NCBI GenBank assembly: GCA_963705985.1
Contig: CAVPLK010000006.1
Coordinates: 115,022-179,021, forward strand
Length of the DNA: 64,000 nt
Direction of reading: 5' to 3'
Source: an uncultured Gemmatimonadales bacterium
Lineage (GTDB): Bacteria; Gemmatimonadota; Gemmatimonadetes; Gemmatimonadales; GWC2-71-9
A model generated the notes under the pieces. The model did no database searches. It was given only the letters and a program-made list of their open reading frames with translations, and was not told the origin of the DNA. The position numbers and the translations under genes are program-made. Numbering within the stretch: position 1 is the stretch's first letter; every line of letters starts with the position of its first letter. Positions 34,344 through 43,362 of the stretch are shown here, piece by piece.

Positions 34344-35047
34344 GGCTGCGGCGCTCGAGCCGGCCAGGCCGCGTCGCCCACATCTTCGGCGTGATGCTTG
34401 ATCGATTTCCCCTCCACCAGGAACACGACGTCCTCGCCGATGTTCGTGGCGAGGTCCGCCACCCGCTCCAGGTTACGGCTGACGAGGAAGAGCTCCATGC
34501 CCGCCCCGATCGTGTGCGGGTCCTCCATCATGTGCGTGAGGAGGATCCGGAACACCGACTTGTGGAGCGCGTCCACCTTGTCGTCGCGGCGGCAGACCTC
34601 ACGCCCGGCCTGGGAGTCGCCGCGGATGAAGGCCTCGAGCGCGTCGGAGAGCATGTCGCGCGCCAGGCGCGCCATCTCGACGATCTCCGGTTCCGGGGCG
34701 ATCGCGCGCTGGTCGGCAAGCCGCAACGCCGATTGTGCGATGTTCACGGCGTGGTCGCCGACCCGCTCGAGGTCGTTGGCGATCTTGAGCGCCGAGGTCA
34801 GCATGCGGAGGTCACGCGCCATCGGCTGCTGGAGCGCCAGGAGGTTGATGCACATCTCCTCCAGCTCCACTTCCATCCGGTCGATGACCCGGTCGCCGGC
34901 GACCACCGCCTCCGCCTTCGCGCTGTCGCGCTCGAGCAGCGCGTCGACGGCGAGCCCCAGCGCCGCCTCCGCCTCGCCCGACATGGTGAGGAGGCGGATC
35001 TTGACCTGGCTCAGGTCGTCGTGAAAATGCCGGTGGGTCTCGCTCAT
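34340..35047 (-). CDS. phoU: Phosphate signalling complex protein PhoU
   Basis: 235 aa, [12 protein letters not shown].., with duplicated PhoU repeats ([15 protein letters not shown] and [16 protein letters not shown]). The ATG overlaps the pstB stop (ATGA). Confidence 0.93.
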   Translation of the reverse strand: MSETHRHFHDDLSQVKIRLLTMSGEAEAALGLAVDALLERDSAKAEAVVAGDRVIDRMEVELEEMCINLLALQQPMARDLRMLTSALKIANDLERVGDHAVNIAQSALRLADQRAIAPEPEIVEMARLARDMLSDALEAFIRGDSQAGREVCRRDDKVDALHKSVFRILLTHMMEDPHTIGAGMELFLVSRNLERVADLATNIGEDVVFLVEGKSIKHHAEDVGDAAWPARAPQP

Positions 35048-35905
35048 CCGAATCTCCCCGTGATGTACGCCTCGGTACGCTCGTGCGCCGGGGCGGTGAA
35101 CAGCTGGTCGGTCTCGCCGAACTCGATCAGCTCGCCGCGGTCGAAGAAGCCGGTGTAGTCGGACACGCGGGCGGCCTGCTGCATGTTGTGCGTCACGATG
35201 GCGATCGTGTAGTGCTGCTTCAAGCTCGAGAATCAGTTCCTCGACCTTCTGCGTCGCGATCGGGTCGAGCGCCGAGCACGGCTCGTCCATCAGGAGGACC
35301 TCGGGGGCGTTGGCCAGCGCCCGGGCGATGCAGAGCCGCTGCTGCTGGCCGCCGGAGAGCCCGGTGCCGGGCTCGTGGAGCCGGTCCTTCACCTCGTCCC
35401 AGAGCGCGGCCTGCCGCAGGCAGCGCTCCACCAGCTCGGGGAGGTCCCGCTTCAGCGCCAGCGCGGTTGACGCGTCGGGCCGTAGGCCACGTTGTCGAAG
35501 ATGGACTTCGGGAAGGGGTTGGGGCGCTGGAACACCATGCCGACCCGCCGCCGCAGGTCCACGAGGTCGCGCCCGGGTCCGTAGATCGACTCGCCCGTCG
35601 AGCAGCAGTTCGCCGGCGTGCGGTGACGTCCGGGAAGCAGTTCGTGCATCCGGTTGATGGCCCGGAGAAAGGTGGACTTGCCGCAGCCCGACGGACCGAT
35701 GATCGCCGTGACGGCGTGTCGCTCGACGCCGAGGGAAATGCCCTTGAGCACTTCCGTGGCGCCGTACGAGAAGCGAAAGTCCCGCGCTTCGACGACCGGC
35801 GCGCCGGCCGGGTGGGTCCGTCGCCGAGTCCCGCCGCGGGGCGAGCGTCGGCCTGAGGCTGGCTGCGTGCGGCATGGCCGTCCGTCCGACGAGGGTGGAG
35901 GTCAT
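35044..35905 (-). pseudogene. pstB: Phosphate ABC transporter ATP-binding protein PstB, distal copy, about five frame changes
   Basis: PstB motifs alternate between two frames. These are the N terminus with ATG 35905, [82 protein letters not shown], and [22 protein letters not shown]. Shifts are near 35800, 35615-35635, 35593, 35457-35475 and 35221. Confidence 0.75.
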
Positions 35906-36672
35906 CCGAACCGTCCGGTGATGTAGGCTTCGGTCTCTTCGCGCGCCGGCGAGGTGAAGATCTGCCGCGTCGCGCCGGACTCGATCATCCCGCCGAGGTA
36001 GAAGAAGGTGGTCGTGTCCGAGACCCGGGCGGCCTGCTGCATGTTGTGGGTCACGATGACGATCGTGAACGCCTGCTTCAGCGTGAACAGCAGCTCCTCG
36101 ATGCGCTGGGTGCCCTGCGGGTCGAGCGACGCGGTCGGCTCGTCGAGCAGGACGACCTCCGGCTTCGGGGCGATGGTGCGGGCGACGCAGAGCCGCTGCT
36201 GCTGCCCGCCGGAGAGGACGAGGGCGCTGGTGCTGAGCCGGTCCTTGACCTCGTCCCAGAGCGCGGCGCCGCGCAGCGCCTCCTCGACGGTTTCGGCCAC
36301 CTCCGGCCCGCGAGCGTCGCTGCCCCACCCGCAGCCCCGCCGCCACGTTATCGAAAATGGACATCGTCGGAAAGGGGGTGGGCTTCTGGAAGACCATGCC
36401 GACCCGGCGCCGCAGCTGCATCGGATTCACGTCGCGCGGCGTAGACGTCCTTGCCGTCCAGCAGGACGCGCCCGGTGATCCAGCCCCCCGGCGACAGCTC
36501 GTGCATCCGGTTCAGGGAGCGGAGGAAGGTGGACTTGCCGCAGCCCGAGGGCCCGATCAGGGCGTGCACCCGGTTGGCCGTGAAGCCGAGCGTCACGTCC
36601 TTCACGGCGGTGACCTTGCCGTACATGGCGCTCAGCCGCTCGGTGGCGATATGGGCCAGGGTGCTCAGCCAT
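35902..36672 (-). pseudogene. pstB: Phosphate ABC transporter ATP-binding protein PstB, proximal copy, three +1 frame changes
   Basis: ATG 36672 overlaps the pstA stop. [38 protein letters not shown], then [35 protein letters not shown], then [54 protein letters not shown] lie in successive frames. Shifts are near 36660, 36431 and 36323. Confidence 0.75.
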
Positions 36673-37510
36673 GATGGGTGAACTTCCGCCGCGTCGCCAG
36701 CCGCGCAGCGATGCTGAGCACCAGGACGACCAGGATCAGCACCAGCGCCGTGGCCCACGCCAGCTGGTGCCACTCCTCGTACGGACCGGTGGCGTAGGTG
36801 AACACCACCAGCGGCAGCGCCGCCATCGGCTGGTCGAGATTGAAGGAGAGGTACTGGCTTCCGAGCGCGGTGAAGAGGAGCGGGGCGGTTTCCCCCGCGA
36901 CGCGCGCCACCGCGAGCAGGCTGCCGGTCACGATCCCGGGGAGCGTCGTCCGCACCACGACGGTCAGGCTGGTCCGCCACCGCGAGTACCCGAGCGCGAG
37001 CGCCGCTTCCCGGAGCGAGTGCGGCACCAGCTTGATCATCTCTTCCGTCGTGCGGGTTACCATCGGGATCATGAGAATGGCGAGCGCCACGCTGCCCGCC
37101 AGCGCCGAGAAGTGCTTCTGCGAGGCGACGATCCAGGTCCAGGCGAAGACGCCGACCACGATCGACGGCGTGCCATTCAGCACGTCCGACACGAACCGGG
37201 TGAGCGTGGCCAGTCTCGAGCCCGGGTACTCGGCGCAGTAGATCCCGCCCCCGATGCCGAGGGGGAGCCCGATGAGGCAGGCGGTGCCGACGATCATCAG
37301 CGTGCCGACGATGGCGTGCATGACCCCGCCGCCGGTCTCGCCGGCTGGCACGGGCAGCTTGGTGAAGAAGGCGAGGTTCAGGCTGCCGGCGCCCTTGACG
37401 GCAAGCGTGCCGAGAATGAGCAGCAGCGGCAGGACGGCCAGCATCACGGCCAGTCCCATGAGACCGACCATGAACTGGCTCCGGCGGCGGCGGGCGGCGG
37501 CGCGGTTCAT
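36665..37510 (-). CDS. pstA: Phosphate ABC transporter permease PstA
   Basis: 281 aa, intact, six TM segments, EAA-like loop [14 protein letters not shown]. It follows pstC with a 4-nt overlap. Confidence 0.92.
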   Translation of the reverse strand: MNRAAARRRRSQFMVGLMGLAVMLAVLPLLLILGTLAVKGAGSLNLAFFTKLPVPAGETGGGVMHAIVGTLMIVGTACLIGLPLGIGGGIYCAEYPGSRLATLTRFVSDVLNGTPSIVVGVFAWTWIVASQKHFSALAGSVALAILMIPMVTRTTEEMIKLVPHSLREAALALGYSRWRTSLTVVVRTTLPGIVTGSLLAVARVAGETAPLLFTALGSQYLSFNLDQPMAALPLVVFTYATGPYEEWHQLAWATALVLILVVLVLSIAARLATRRKFTHHG

Positions 37511-38466
37511 GCCGACTTCCCCCCGCCGCCCTGGGCGACGCGCCAGATCAGCAGCCGGGCCGCCGCGTTGATCAGCACCGTCACCACGAAGAGCGTCAGC
37601 GCCACGTACGACAGCGCCGAGAGATGGATGTTCTCCACCGCCTCGGCGAACTCATTGGCGATGGCGGCGGCCATCGTGTACCCCGGGGCGAAAAGCGACG
37701 CGGCGATTTCATGCCGATTGCCGATGACCATCGTGACGGCCATCGTTTCGCCGAGCGCGCGGCCGAGCCCGAGGATGACGGCGCCGATGATGCCCGACCG
37801 GGCGTAGGGGAGCACGGCCCCGGTCAGCGCCTCCCACCGGGTGGCGCCCAGCGCCATCGCGGCCTCGCGCTGGGTGTTCGGAACCGCCAGGAGGACCTCC
37901 CGCGACACCGACATGATGTACGGCATGACCATGATGGCCAGGATGATCGCGGCCGAGAGCATCCCGGGGCCGTAGATCGGTCCCTGGAAGAAGGGGAGGA
38001 ATCCGAGGGTGTCCTTCAGGAACGGATAGACGGTGGCGCGGAGGAAGGGGATCATCACGAAGATGCCCCAGAGTCCATACACCACGCTCGGAATGGCGGC
38101 CAGGAGCTCGATGAGGAACGCCACGGGGCCGCGGATCTTCATCGGCGCGAATTCGGTGAGGTAGATGGCGACGCCCAGCGACAACGGGACGGCGATCAAC
38201 AGCGCGAGCGCCGAGCTGACGACGGTGCCGAAAATCAGCGGGAGAGCGCCGAAGCGGCCTTCGACCGGGTCCCATTCACTGCTGGTGAGGAAGCCGAAGC
38301 CGAACTCGTGAATGGCCTCCCGGGACCCGGCCCACAGCTCCCAGACTAGGAAGCCGAGGAGGACCGGCACCGCGAGGGCGGCCACCGTCAGCAACGCCTT
38401 GAACAGGCGATCGCCGAATCGGGCGCCGCCCAGCGACTGCTCCGGGGCTGGATTCGAATCATCCAT
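37507..38466 (-). CDS. pstC: Phosphate ABC transporter permease PstC
   Basis: 319 aa, intact, EAA-like loop [14 protein letters not shown]. Position matches the conserved pstSCAB order. Confidence 0.92.
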   Translation of the reverse strand: MDDSNPAPEQSLGGARFGDRLFKALLTVAALAVPVLLGFLVWELWAGSREAIHEFGFGFLTSSEWDPVEGRFGALPLIFGTVVSSALALLIAVPLSLGVAIYLTEFAPMKIRGPVAFLIELLAAIPSVVYGLWGIFVMIPFLRATVYPFLKDTLGFLPFFQGPIYGPGMLSAAIILAIMVMPYIMSVSREVLLAVPNTQREAAMALGATRWEALTGAVLPYARSGIIGAVILGLGRALGETMAVTMVIGNRHEIAASLFAPGYTMAAAIANEFAEAVENIHLSALSYVALTLFVVTVLINAAARLLIWRVAQGGGGKSA

Positions 38467-38548
38467 AGCGCGGGAACCTACCGGCGCACGGTGGGCTGAC
38501 GGTCACGGCCGTGTAACGGGAATGTCACGACGACGGCCCCGGAAACGA

Positions 38549-38580
38549 CAACGGCCGGTCCCGGGAGGGACCGGCCGTTG
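38549..38580 (-). terminator. Strong intra-operon hairpin between pstS and pstC (attenuator or mRNA stabiliser)
   Basis: Perfect 14-bp inverted repeat CAACGGCCGGTCCC / GGGACCGGCCGTTG with a 4-nt loop. It lies 21 nt after the pstS stop. On the minus strand it is followed by TCGTTTCC. Confidence 0.55.
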
Positions 38581-38600
38581 CGCATGTTGGTCAGGCGTAA

Positions 38601-39644
38601 CTAGTTGACAGGAATCGGCTTGCCGTTGGCCTTGAGCCCGGCGATCCGAGGCTTGATCAGAGCGACGACCTCCGCGGGGAGGGGCGCGTACTTGAGCTCG
38701 CCGGCCATCGCCTGCGCGGTCGGCGTGACCATCCAGTTGAGGAAGTCGCGAAGGAGCTTCGCCTTGGCGGCGTCCTTGGAGTTCGGCCGCACGAGCAGCC
38801 AGGTGAACGACGAGATGGGGTAGGTCTCCGCGCCCGGCGCGTTGGTGATTGACACCCGGAAATCGGTGTCCTTGGCAAATTTGGCGCTGGCGGCGGCCGC
38901 CGTCGCCGACGCGAGGCTCGGCACCACGAAATTGCCGGCGCTGTTCTTGATCTTCGCGTAGGGCAGGTTGTTCGACAGCGCGTAGATCAACTCGACGTAG
39001 CCGATGGTCCCTTCGATCTGCTTGACCTGCTGGGTCACCCCTTCGTTGCCCTTGCCGCCGAGGCCGACCGGCCACTTCACTGAGGTGGCGTAGTTGACCT
39101 TGTCCTTCCACTCCCGGGACACCTTGGTCAGGAAGTCGGTGAAGATGTAGCTGGTGCCCGACCCGTCCGAGCGGTGGACCACGATGATGTCGGTGTTGGG
39201 GAGCGCCACGCCGGCGTTCATGCTGGCGATGCGCTTGTCGTTCCACTTGGTGATGCGCCCGAGGTAGATGTCGGCGATGGTGGCGCCGTCGAGCTGGATC
39301 TGCGTGGTGCCGAGCGACGGCAGGTTGTAGGTCAGCACGACCGCGCCGATGACGGTCGGGATGTGCAGCACGTTGTTCTGCACCGCCTCCATCTGGGCCG
39401 GGCTCATCGGGCCGTCGGTGGCGCCGAAGTCCACGGTGCCCTCGGTGAACTGCCGGATGCCCCCGCCGGACCCGATCGACTGGTAGTTGATCTGGATGCC
39501 GGTGGCCTTGTTATAGGCGTCAAACCACTTCGTATAGATCGGGTTCGGAAAGGTCGCGCCCGCCCCGGTCAGGCCCTGGGCGCCGGCCGGGGCCGCCACG
39601 AGGGCGGCCGCGCCGAGCGCGAGGGCGATGGATCGAAAGGTCAT
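38601..39644 (-). CDS. pstS: Phosphate ABC transporter substrate-binding protein PstS
   Basis: 347 aa, signal MTFRSIALALGAAALVAAPAGAQ, LTGAGATFPNPIY.. and VHRSDGSGTS motifs. Confidence 0.93.
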   Translation of the reverse strand: MTFRSIALALGAAALVAAPAGAQGLTGAGATFPNPIYTKWFDAYNKATGIQINYQSIGSGGGIRQFTEGTVDFGATDGPMSPAQMEAVQNNVLHIPTVIGAVVLTYNLPSLGTTQIQLDGATIADIYLGRITKWNDKRIASMNAGVALPNTDIIVVHRSDGSGTSYIFTDFLTKVSREWKDKVNYATSVKWPVGLGGKGNEGVTQQVKQIEGTIGYVELIYALSNNLPYAKIKNSAGNFVVPSLASATAAAASAKFAKDTDFRVSITNAPGAETYPISSFTWLLVRPNSKDAAKAKLLRDFLNWMVTPTAQAMAGELKYAPLPAEVVALIKPRIAGLKANGKPIPVN

Positions 39645-39656
39645 CGTGTCACTCCC

Positions 39657-40773
39657 TTAGAAATTCATGGTCAGCGCGGTACGAATGCCGCTGATCGTAT
39701 TGAGCGATGGATCCTCGAAGCTCTGGGACTCGTACATCAGGCGGAACTGCGCCTTGCTGCTCAGGTACAGGTTGACGCCGGCGGTGATCAGGGTGGTCTG
39801 GTCGTTGACGACGATGTTGTTGGGCTCGGCCAGGTCGTACCGGAAGGCCGGCTCGATGGCGTAGAGGAAGCTGTCCGGCGACTTCATCCGGATGTTGTAC
39901 GCCGCGACGCCCTGGATGCCCCAGATCTGGTTGGCGCTGTTGAGGGTGCTCTCGCCGCTCATGTAGTCCGCCATGACGTACAGCCCCTCGTTGCCCGGCG
40001 CGCCCCACTGCGCGTCGACGCCCCAGCCGGTGTTGACCGCGGCGCTGTCGGCGGGGAAGGTGTCCATCGTCTGGACGAAATCGTGGCTGGCAAAGGAGCC
40101 GCCGACGGCCAGCATCGGCGTGATGGCGTAGGTGGCGCGGCCGTACCAGGACTTGGAGTTGTTCAGGTCGAGGTTGTTCGGGGACAGCGCGCCGTTCATG
40201 ACCGCGCCCATGACGGCGAGCTTCTTTCGCATCCCGGTGTACATCAGGCCGGCGCCGATGTCGTGCGCCGCGAAGCCGTTCCCGATCGACAGGTCGTTCG
40301 AGGAGACCGGCACCAGGCCGCGATACGCGCCACGCTCGATGGACGGCAGGTTGTTCGACGAGGTCAGCTCGTACCGGCCGAAGAACCGCTTGAACTGGCC
40401 GGCGCGGAGGACGAAGGCGCTCTTCGCCTCCGGCTTGGTGAAGGCGACGTCGAGGTAGGCGTCCTTCAGAGATCAGGCACCGCCGACTGACCCGTGGTGA
40501 AGCTCGGCTGGATGACGAAGGAGATGTTCTCGGTCAGGTTGCCCTTGGCCGTGATCCGGGCCCGTCGGATCAGGAAGTTGCTTTCCGCGCGCGGGCCGCG
40601 ATCGGCAGCGCGGCATAGATGGCATTCTCGCCGTTGTTGAACTCGTAGAATTCGACCTGCAGGCGACCGACGACCTTCACATTCGGGTACGTCGTCTGGG
40701 CCGCGGCGACACCCAGCGGCCATCAGGTCAGCAGAGCGAGGCTCGAGGCCGAACGCCACATCAAGGAACGCAT
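39657..40773 (-). pseudogene. Phosphate-selective porin O/P (OprO/OprP-like), disrupted by an in-frame TGA and two frameshifts
   Basis: ATG 40773 gives MRSLMWRSASSLALLT, then TGA at codon 17 (40723-40725), then PLGVAAAQTTYPNVKVVGRLQVEFYEF... NFLIRRARITAKGNLTENISF is in a second frame (shift at 40586-40593). LKDAYLDVAF..QFKRFFGRYE.. through the C-terminal ALTMNF is in a third frame (shift near 40470). Confidence 0.7.
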
Positions 40774-40915
40774 GTCCACCCTTTCGTGCGGGGCCGCATC
40801 GGCTCCCATGGGTTGTCGTCGGGGAGCCCGGTGCCCGCCCGCGCGATGCCCGGAGGGGACTGGACATCGCGGCGTAACGAACGCAACGGCGCGTCACGCC
40901 CGTGCGTGCGTCCGG

Positions 40916-42658
40916 TCACGGCTTTGTAACGGCGCCGCTTTCCCCCACGGCCAGGCCTCCGGGAAACCACGCCGACACCCGCGTGCCCGTCCCCAGCTCA
41001 CTCTCGATCCCCACCCGGCCACCGTGCGCCTCGACCGTGTGCCGGACGATGGCAAGCCCGAGGCCCGTCCCCCCTTCCGCGCGCGAGCGGGACGGATCGA
41101 CGCGATAGAATCGCTCAAAGACCCGGGAGAGGTGCTCCCGCGGGATCCCGCTGCCGGTGTCCTCGACCTGGAGGGAGACGCCCTCCTCCACCACCCTGCT
41201 CCGCAGGGTGATCCGTCCGCCGGCGGGGGTGTAACGGAGGGCGTTGTCGATCAGGTTGCGGAGCACCAGCCGAACCCCCTCGGCGTCGGCCAGCAGCGTG
41301 CCGGCCCCGGGACCGATATCCGTGGCGATCGTGACCCCGAGTTCGTCTCCCCGGTCCGCGCGATCGGCCACCAGCTCGGCCGCCACGTCGGCAAGGTCGA
41401 TTGCCGCGAGATCGGGCTGCCAGCGCCCCGATTCGATCCGTGCCAGGTCGAGGAGGTCGTCGACGAGTCGCTGCATCCTCCGCGCGTTGGCCAGGATCGT
41501 CTCGAGGAACTGGCGTTCCGTCGTCGGGTCGGGCCGTTCGGCCAGCAGGGTTTCGGCATATCCCGAGATGCTGGTCAGCGGGGTCTTCAACTCATGGGAG
41601 ACGTTGGCGACGAAGTCCCGCCGGACCGCCTCGAGCCGCCGGATCTCGGTTTGATCGTGGAGGACGAGGATGGCGCCGCCCGTCGGGAGCGGTCGCGCGC
41701 TGATGACGATCTTGCGCCCGTCGATCCCGACTTCCTCACCGTCCACGGCAGCGCCCTCGCTGACACGCCGCACGATTTCCCGCGCCGCGCGCCCGCGAAA
41801 CAGCTGCTGCAGGTCGGGGAGGAGGGTCTGCGGGCCGTAGCCGAGCAGTTCGCGCGCGGCGGGGTTGGCGGTCACGATGTGGCCCCGGGCGTCGGCGGCC
41901 ACCACCCCCTCCACCATCGCCGCCACCATGGCGGCCGATTCCGCCTGTTCATGGCGCAAGGTCTCGAACCGCTCCCCCAGGTCGTGGTGCATTTGGCGAA
42001 GCGCCTGGACCAGCGTGTCGATGTCCCGGATGCCGGAGTGCGGAAACCGGGGCGCCTGCCCCGCGGCGATGCTGCGCGCGGCCTCGGTGATGGCGGTGAG
42101 TGGGCGGGTGACAGAGCCGGCGGTGATCCACGCGATCAACGTCCCGAACAGGAGCGCGACCAGCGCGGCGAGCGCGACGGCCAGCTGTGCCCGATGCACG
42201 ATGCCGTCCACGTGCTCCAGGTCGGCGGAGACGCGCACCACGCCCGGGCCTCCCGCCACGGCGACGTACATCATCTCCCGCCCCACCGTTTCGCTCTTCC
42301 GCTTGCTGACCCCGACCGAGCCGGCCAGGGCGGCACGAACCTCGGGACGGTTCCGGTGATTTTCGATCGCCGGGAGCGGCAGGGTGGCGTAGTCGCTTTC
42401 CCCGGTGACCGTTCCATCTTTCGCGATGAGGGTGATTCGGTAGCCGGTTTCCTGTCCGAGCCTGTAGATCCACGCCTGCGCAGCGGGCGCTTCGGCCGGC
42501 AGACCTTCGCGGACGATCAGCGCCTCGCGCCCAAGGGTGCTGGCCACCTCGCCCTCCAGGTCCCGGCGGAGGGCAAGGTCGGCGGTCCACAACAGCACCA
42601 CGACGCTGACCACCAGGACCAACAGGGTGCCCGAGATCACCCGGCCGGTGAATGTCAC
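40916..42658 (-). CDS. phoR: Phosphate regulon sensor histidine kinase PhoR
   Basis: 580 aa, TM, HAMP- and PAS-like regions, H-box SHELKTPLTSISGYAETL, HATPase boxes LIDNALRYT, DTGSGIP and GTGLGLAIV. GTG 42658 overlaps the phoB stop (GTGA). Confidence 0.88.
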   Translation of the reverse strand: MTFTGRVISGTLLVLVVSVVVLLWTADLALRRDLEGEVASTLGREALIVREGLPAEAPAAQAWIYRLGQETGYRITLIAKDGTVTGESDYATLPLPAIENHRNRPEVRAALAGSVGVSKRKSETVGREMMYVAVAGGPGVVRVSADLEHVDGIVHRAQLAVALAALVALLFGTLIAWITAGSVTRPLTAITEAARSIAAGQAPRFPHSGIRDIDTLVQALRQMHHDLGERFETLRHEQAESAAMVAAMVEGVVAADARGHIVTANPAARELLGYGPQTLLPDLQQLFRGRAAREIVRRVSEGAAVDGEEVGIDGRKIVISARPLPTGGAILVLHDQTEIRRLEAVRRDFVANVSHELKTPLTSISGYAETLLAERPDPTTERQFLETILANARRMQRLVDDLLDLARIESGRWQPDLAAIDLADVAAELVADRADRGDELGVTIATDIGPGAGTLLADAEGVRLVLRNLIDNALRYTPAGGRITLRSRVVEEGVSLQVEDTGSGIPREHLSRVFERFYRVDPSRSRAEGGTGLGLAIVRHTVEAHGGRVGIESELGTGTRVSAWFPGGLAVGESGAVTKP

Positions 42659-43362
42659 GTGTGGCGCCCGGAACGGTCGTTGGCGCGGAATCGATACCCG
42701 AACCCCCGGACCGTCTCGATTAGCCTCCCGGCGTCGCCCAGCTTGCTGCGCAGCCGCTGCACGTGCATGTCCACCGTGCGGGTCTGGATGTCGGGCTGGG
42801 CCTCCCAGACGGTTTCGAGCAGGTGCGGCCGCGTCTGCACGCGGCCCCGCCGCTCGACGAGCGTCAGCAGGAGTTTGTACTCGGTGGCGGTCAGGTCGAG
42901 CTCTTCCCCGCCCAGGGTGGCGCGGAGCGCCGCACGGTCGATGACGATGTCCCCGGCCGTCAGGGTGTCTCCATGGGCCACCGACGGGGCCGCGAGGCGT
43001 CGAAGGACCGCGCCGACCCGCAGCGTCAGTTCGGCCGGCGAGAAGGGCTTCGTGAGGTAGTCGTCCGCGCCAAGGGTGAGGCCGCGGATTCGGTCTGCCT
43101 CCTGCTTGCGCGCCGTCAGGAGAATGACCCCGATGTCGCGGGTTTCAGGGCGCGCCCGGAGCTCGGCGAGCACGTCGTAGCCGGACATCCCCGGCAGCAT
43201 GAGGTCGAGGATCACGACGTCGGGCCGCTCGTCGGCGGCGGCCTTCAGCGCGTCGGGCCCGCGCGCGGCGGTGGAAACCCGGTAGCCGGCCTTGGCGAGG
43301 TGGTAGGCCACCAGCGCCGTGATGTCCGGTTCGTCGTCGACGACGAGGATGCGATGCGTCAT
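42655..43362 (-). CDS. phoB: OmpR-family phosphate regulon response regulator PhoB
   Basis: MTHRILVVDDEPD.., acceptor VILDLMLPG, TKPF, and the winged-helix output TRTVDMHVQRLRSKL..GFGYRF. ATG 43362 is preceded by GGAG at an 8-nt spacing. Confidence 0.9.
   Translation of the reverse strand: MTHRILVVDDEPDITALVAYHLAKAGYRVSTAARGPDALKAAADERPDVVILDLMLPGMSGYDVLAELRARPETRDIGVILLTARKQEADRIRGLTLGADDYLTKPFSPAELTLRVGAVLRRLAAPSVAHGDTLTAGDIVIDRAALRATLGGEELDLTATEYKLLLTLVERRGRVQTRPHLLETVWEAQPDIQTRTVDMHVQRLRSKLGDAGRLIETVRGFGYRFRANDRSGRHT

Noticed and set aside
34340-36430. The 696-aa minus-strand ORF, which looks like a giant PstB-PstB-PhoU fusion.
   Set aside because: Only its last 235 codons (PhoU) and scattered segments of pstB are in the correct frame. 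The rest is out-of-frame read-through (e.g. [20 protein letters not shown]). It is a by-product of the frame disruptions, not a fusion protein.
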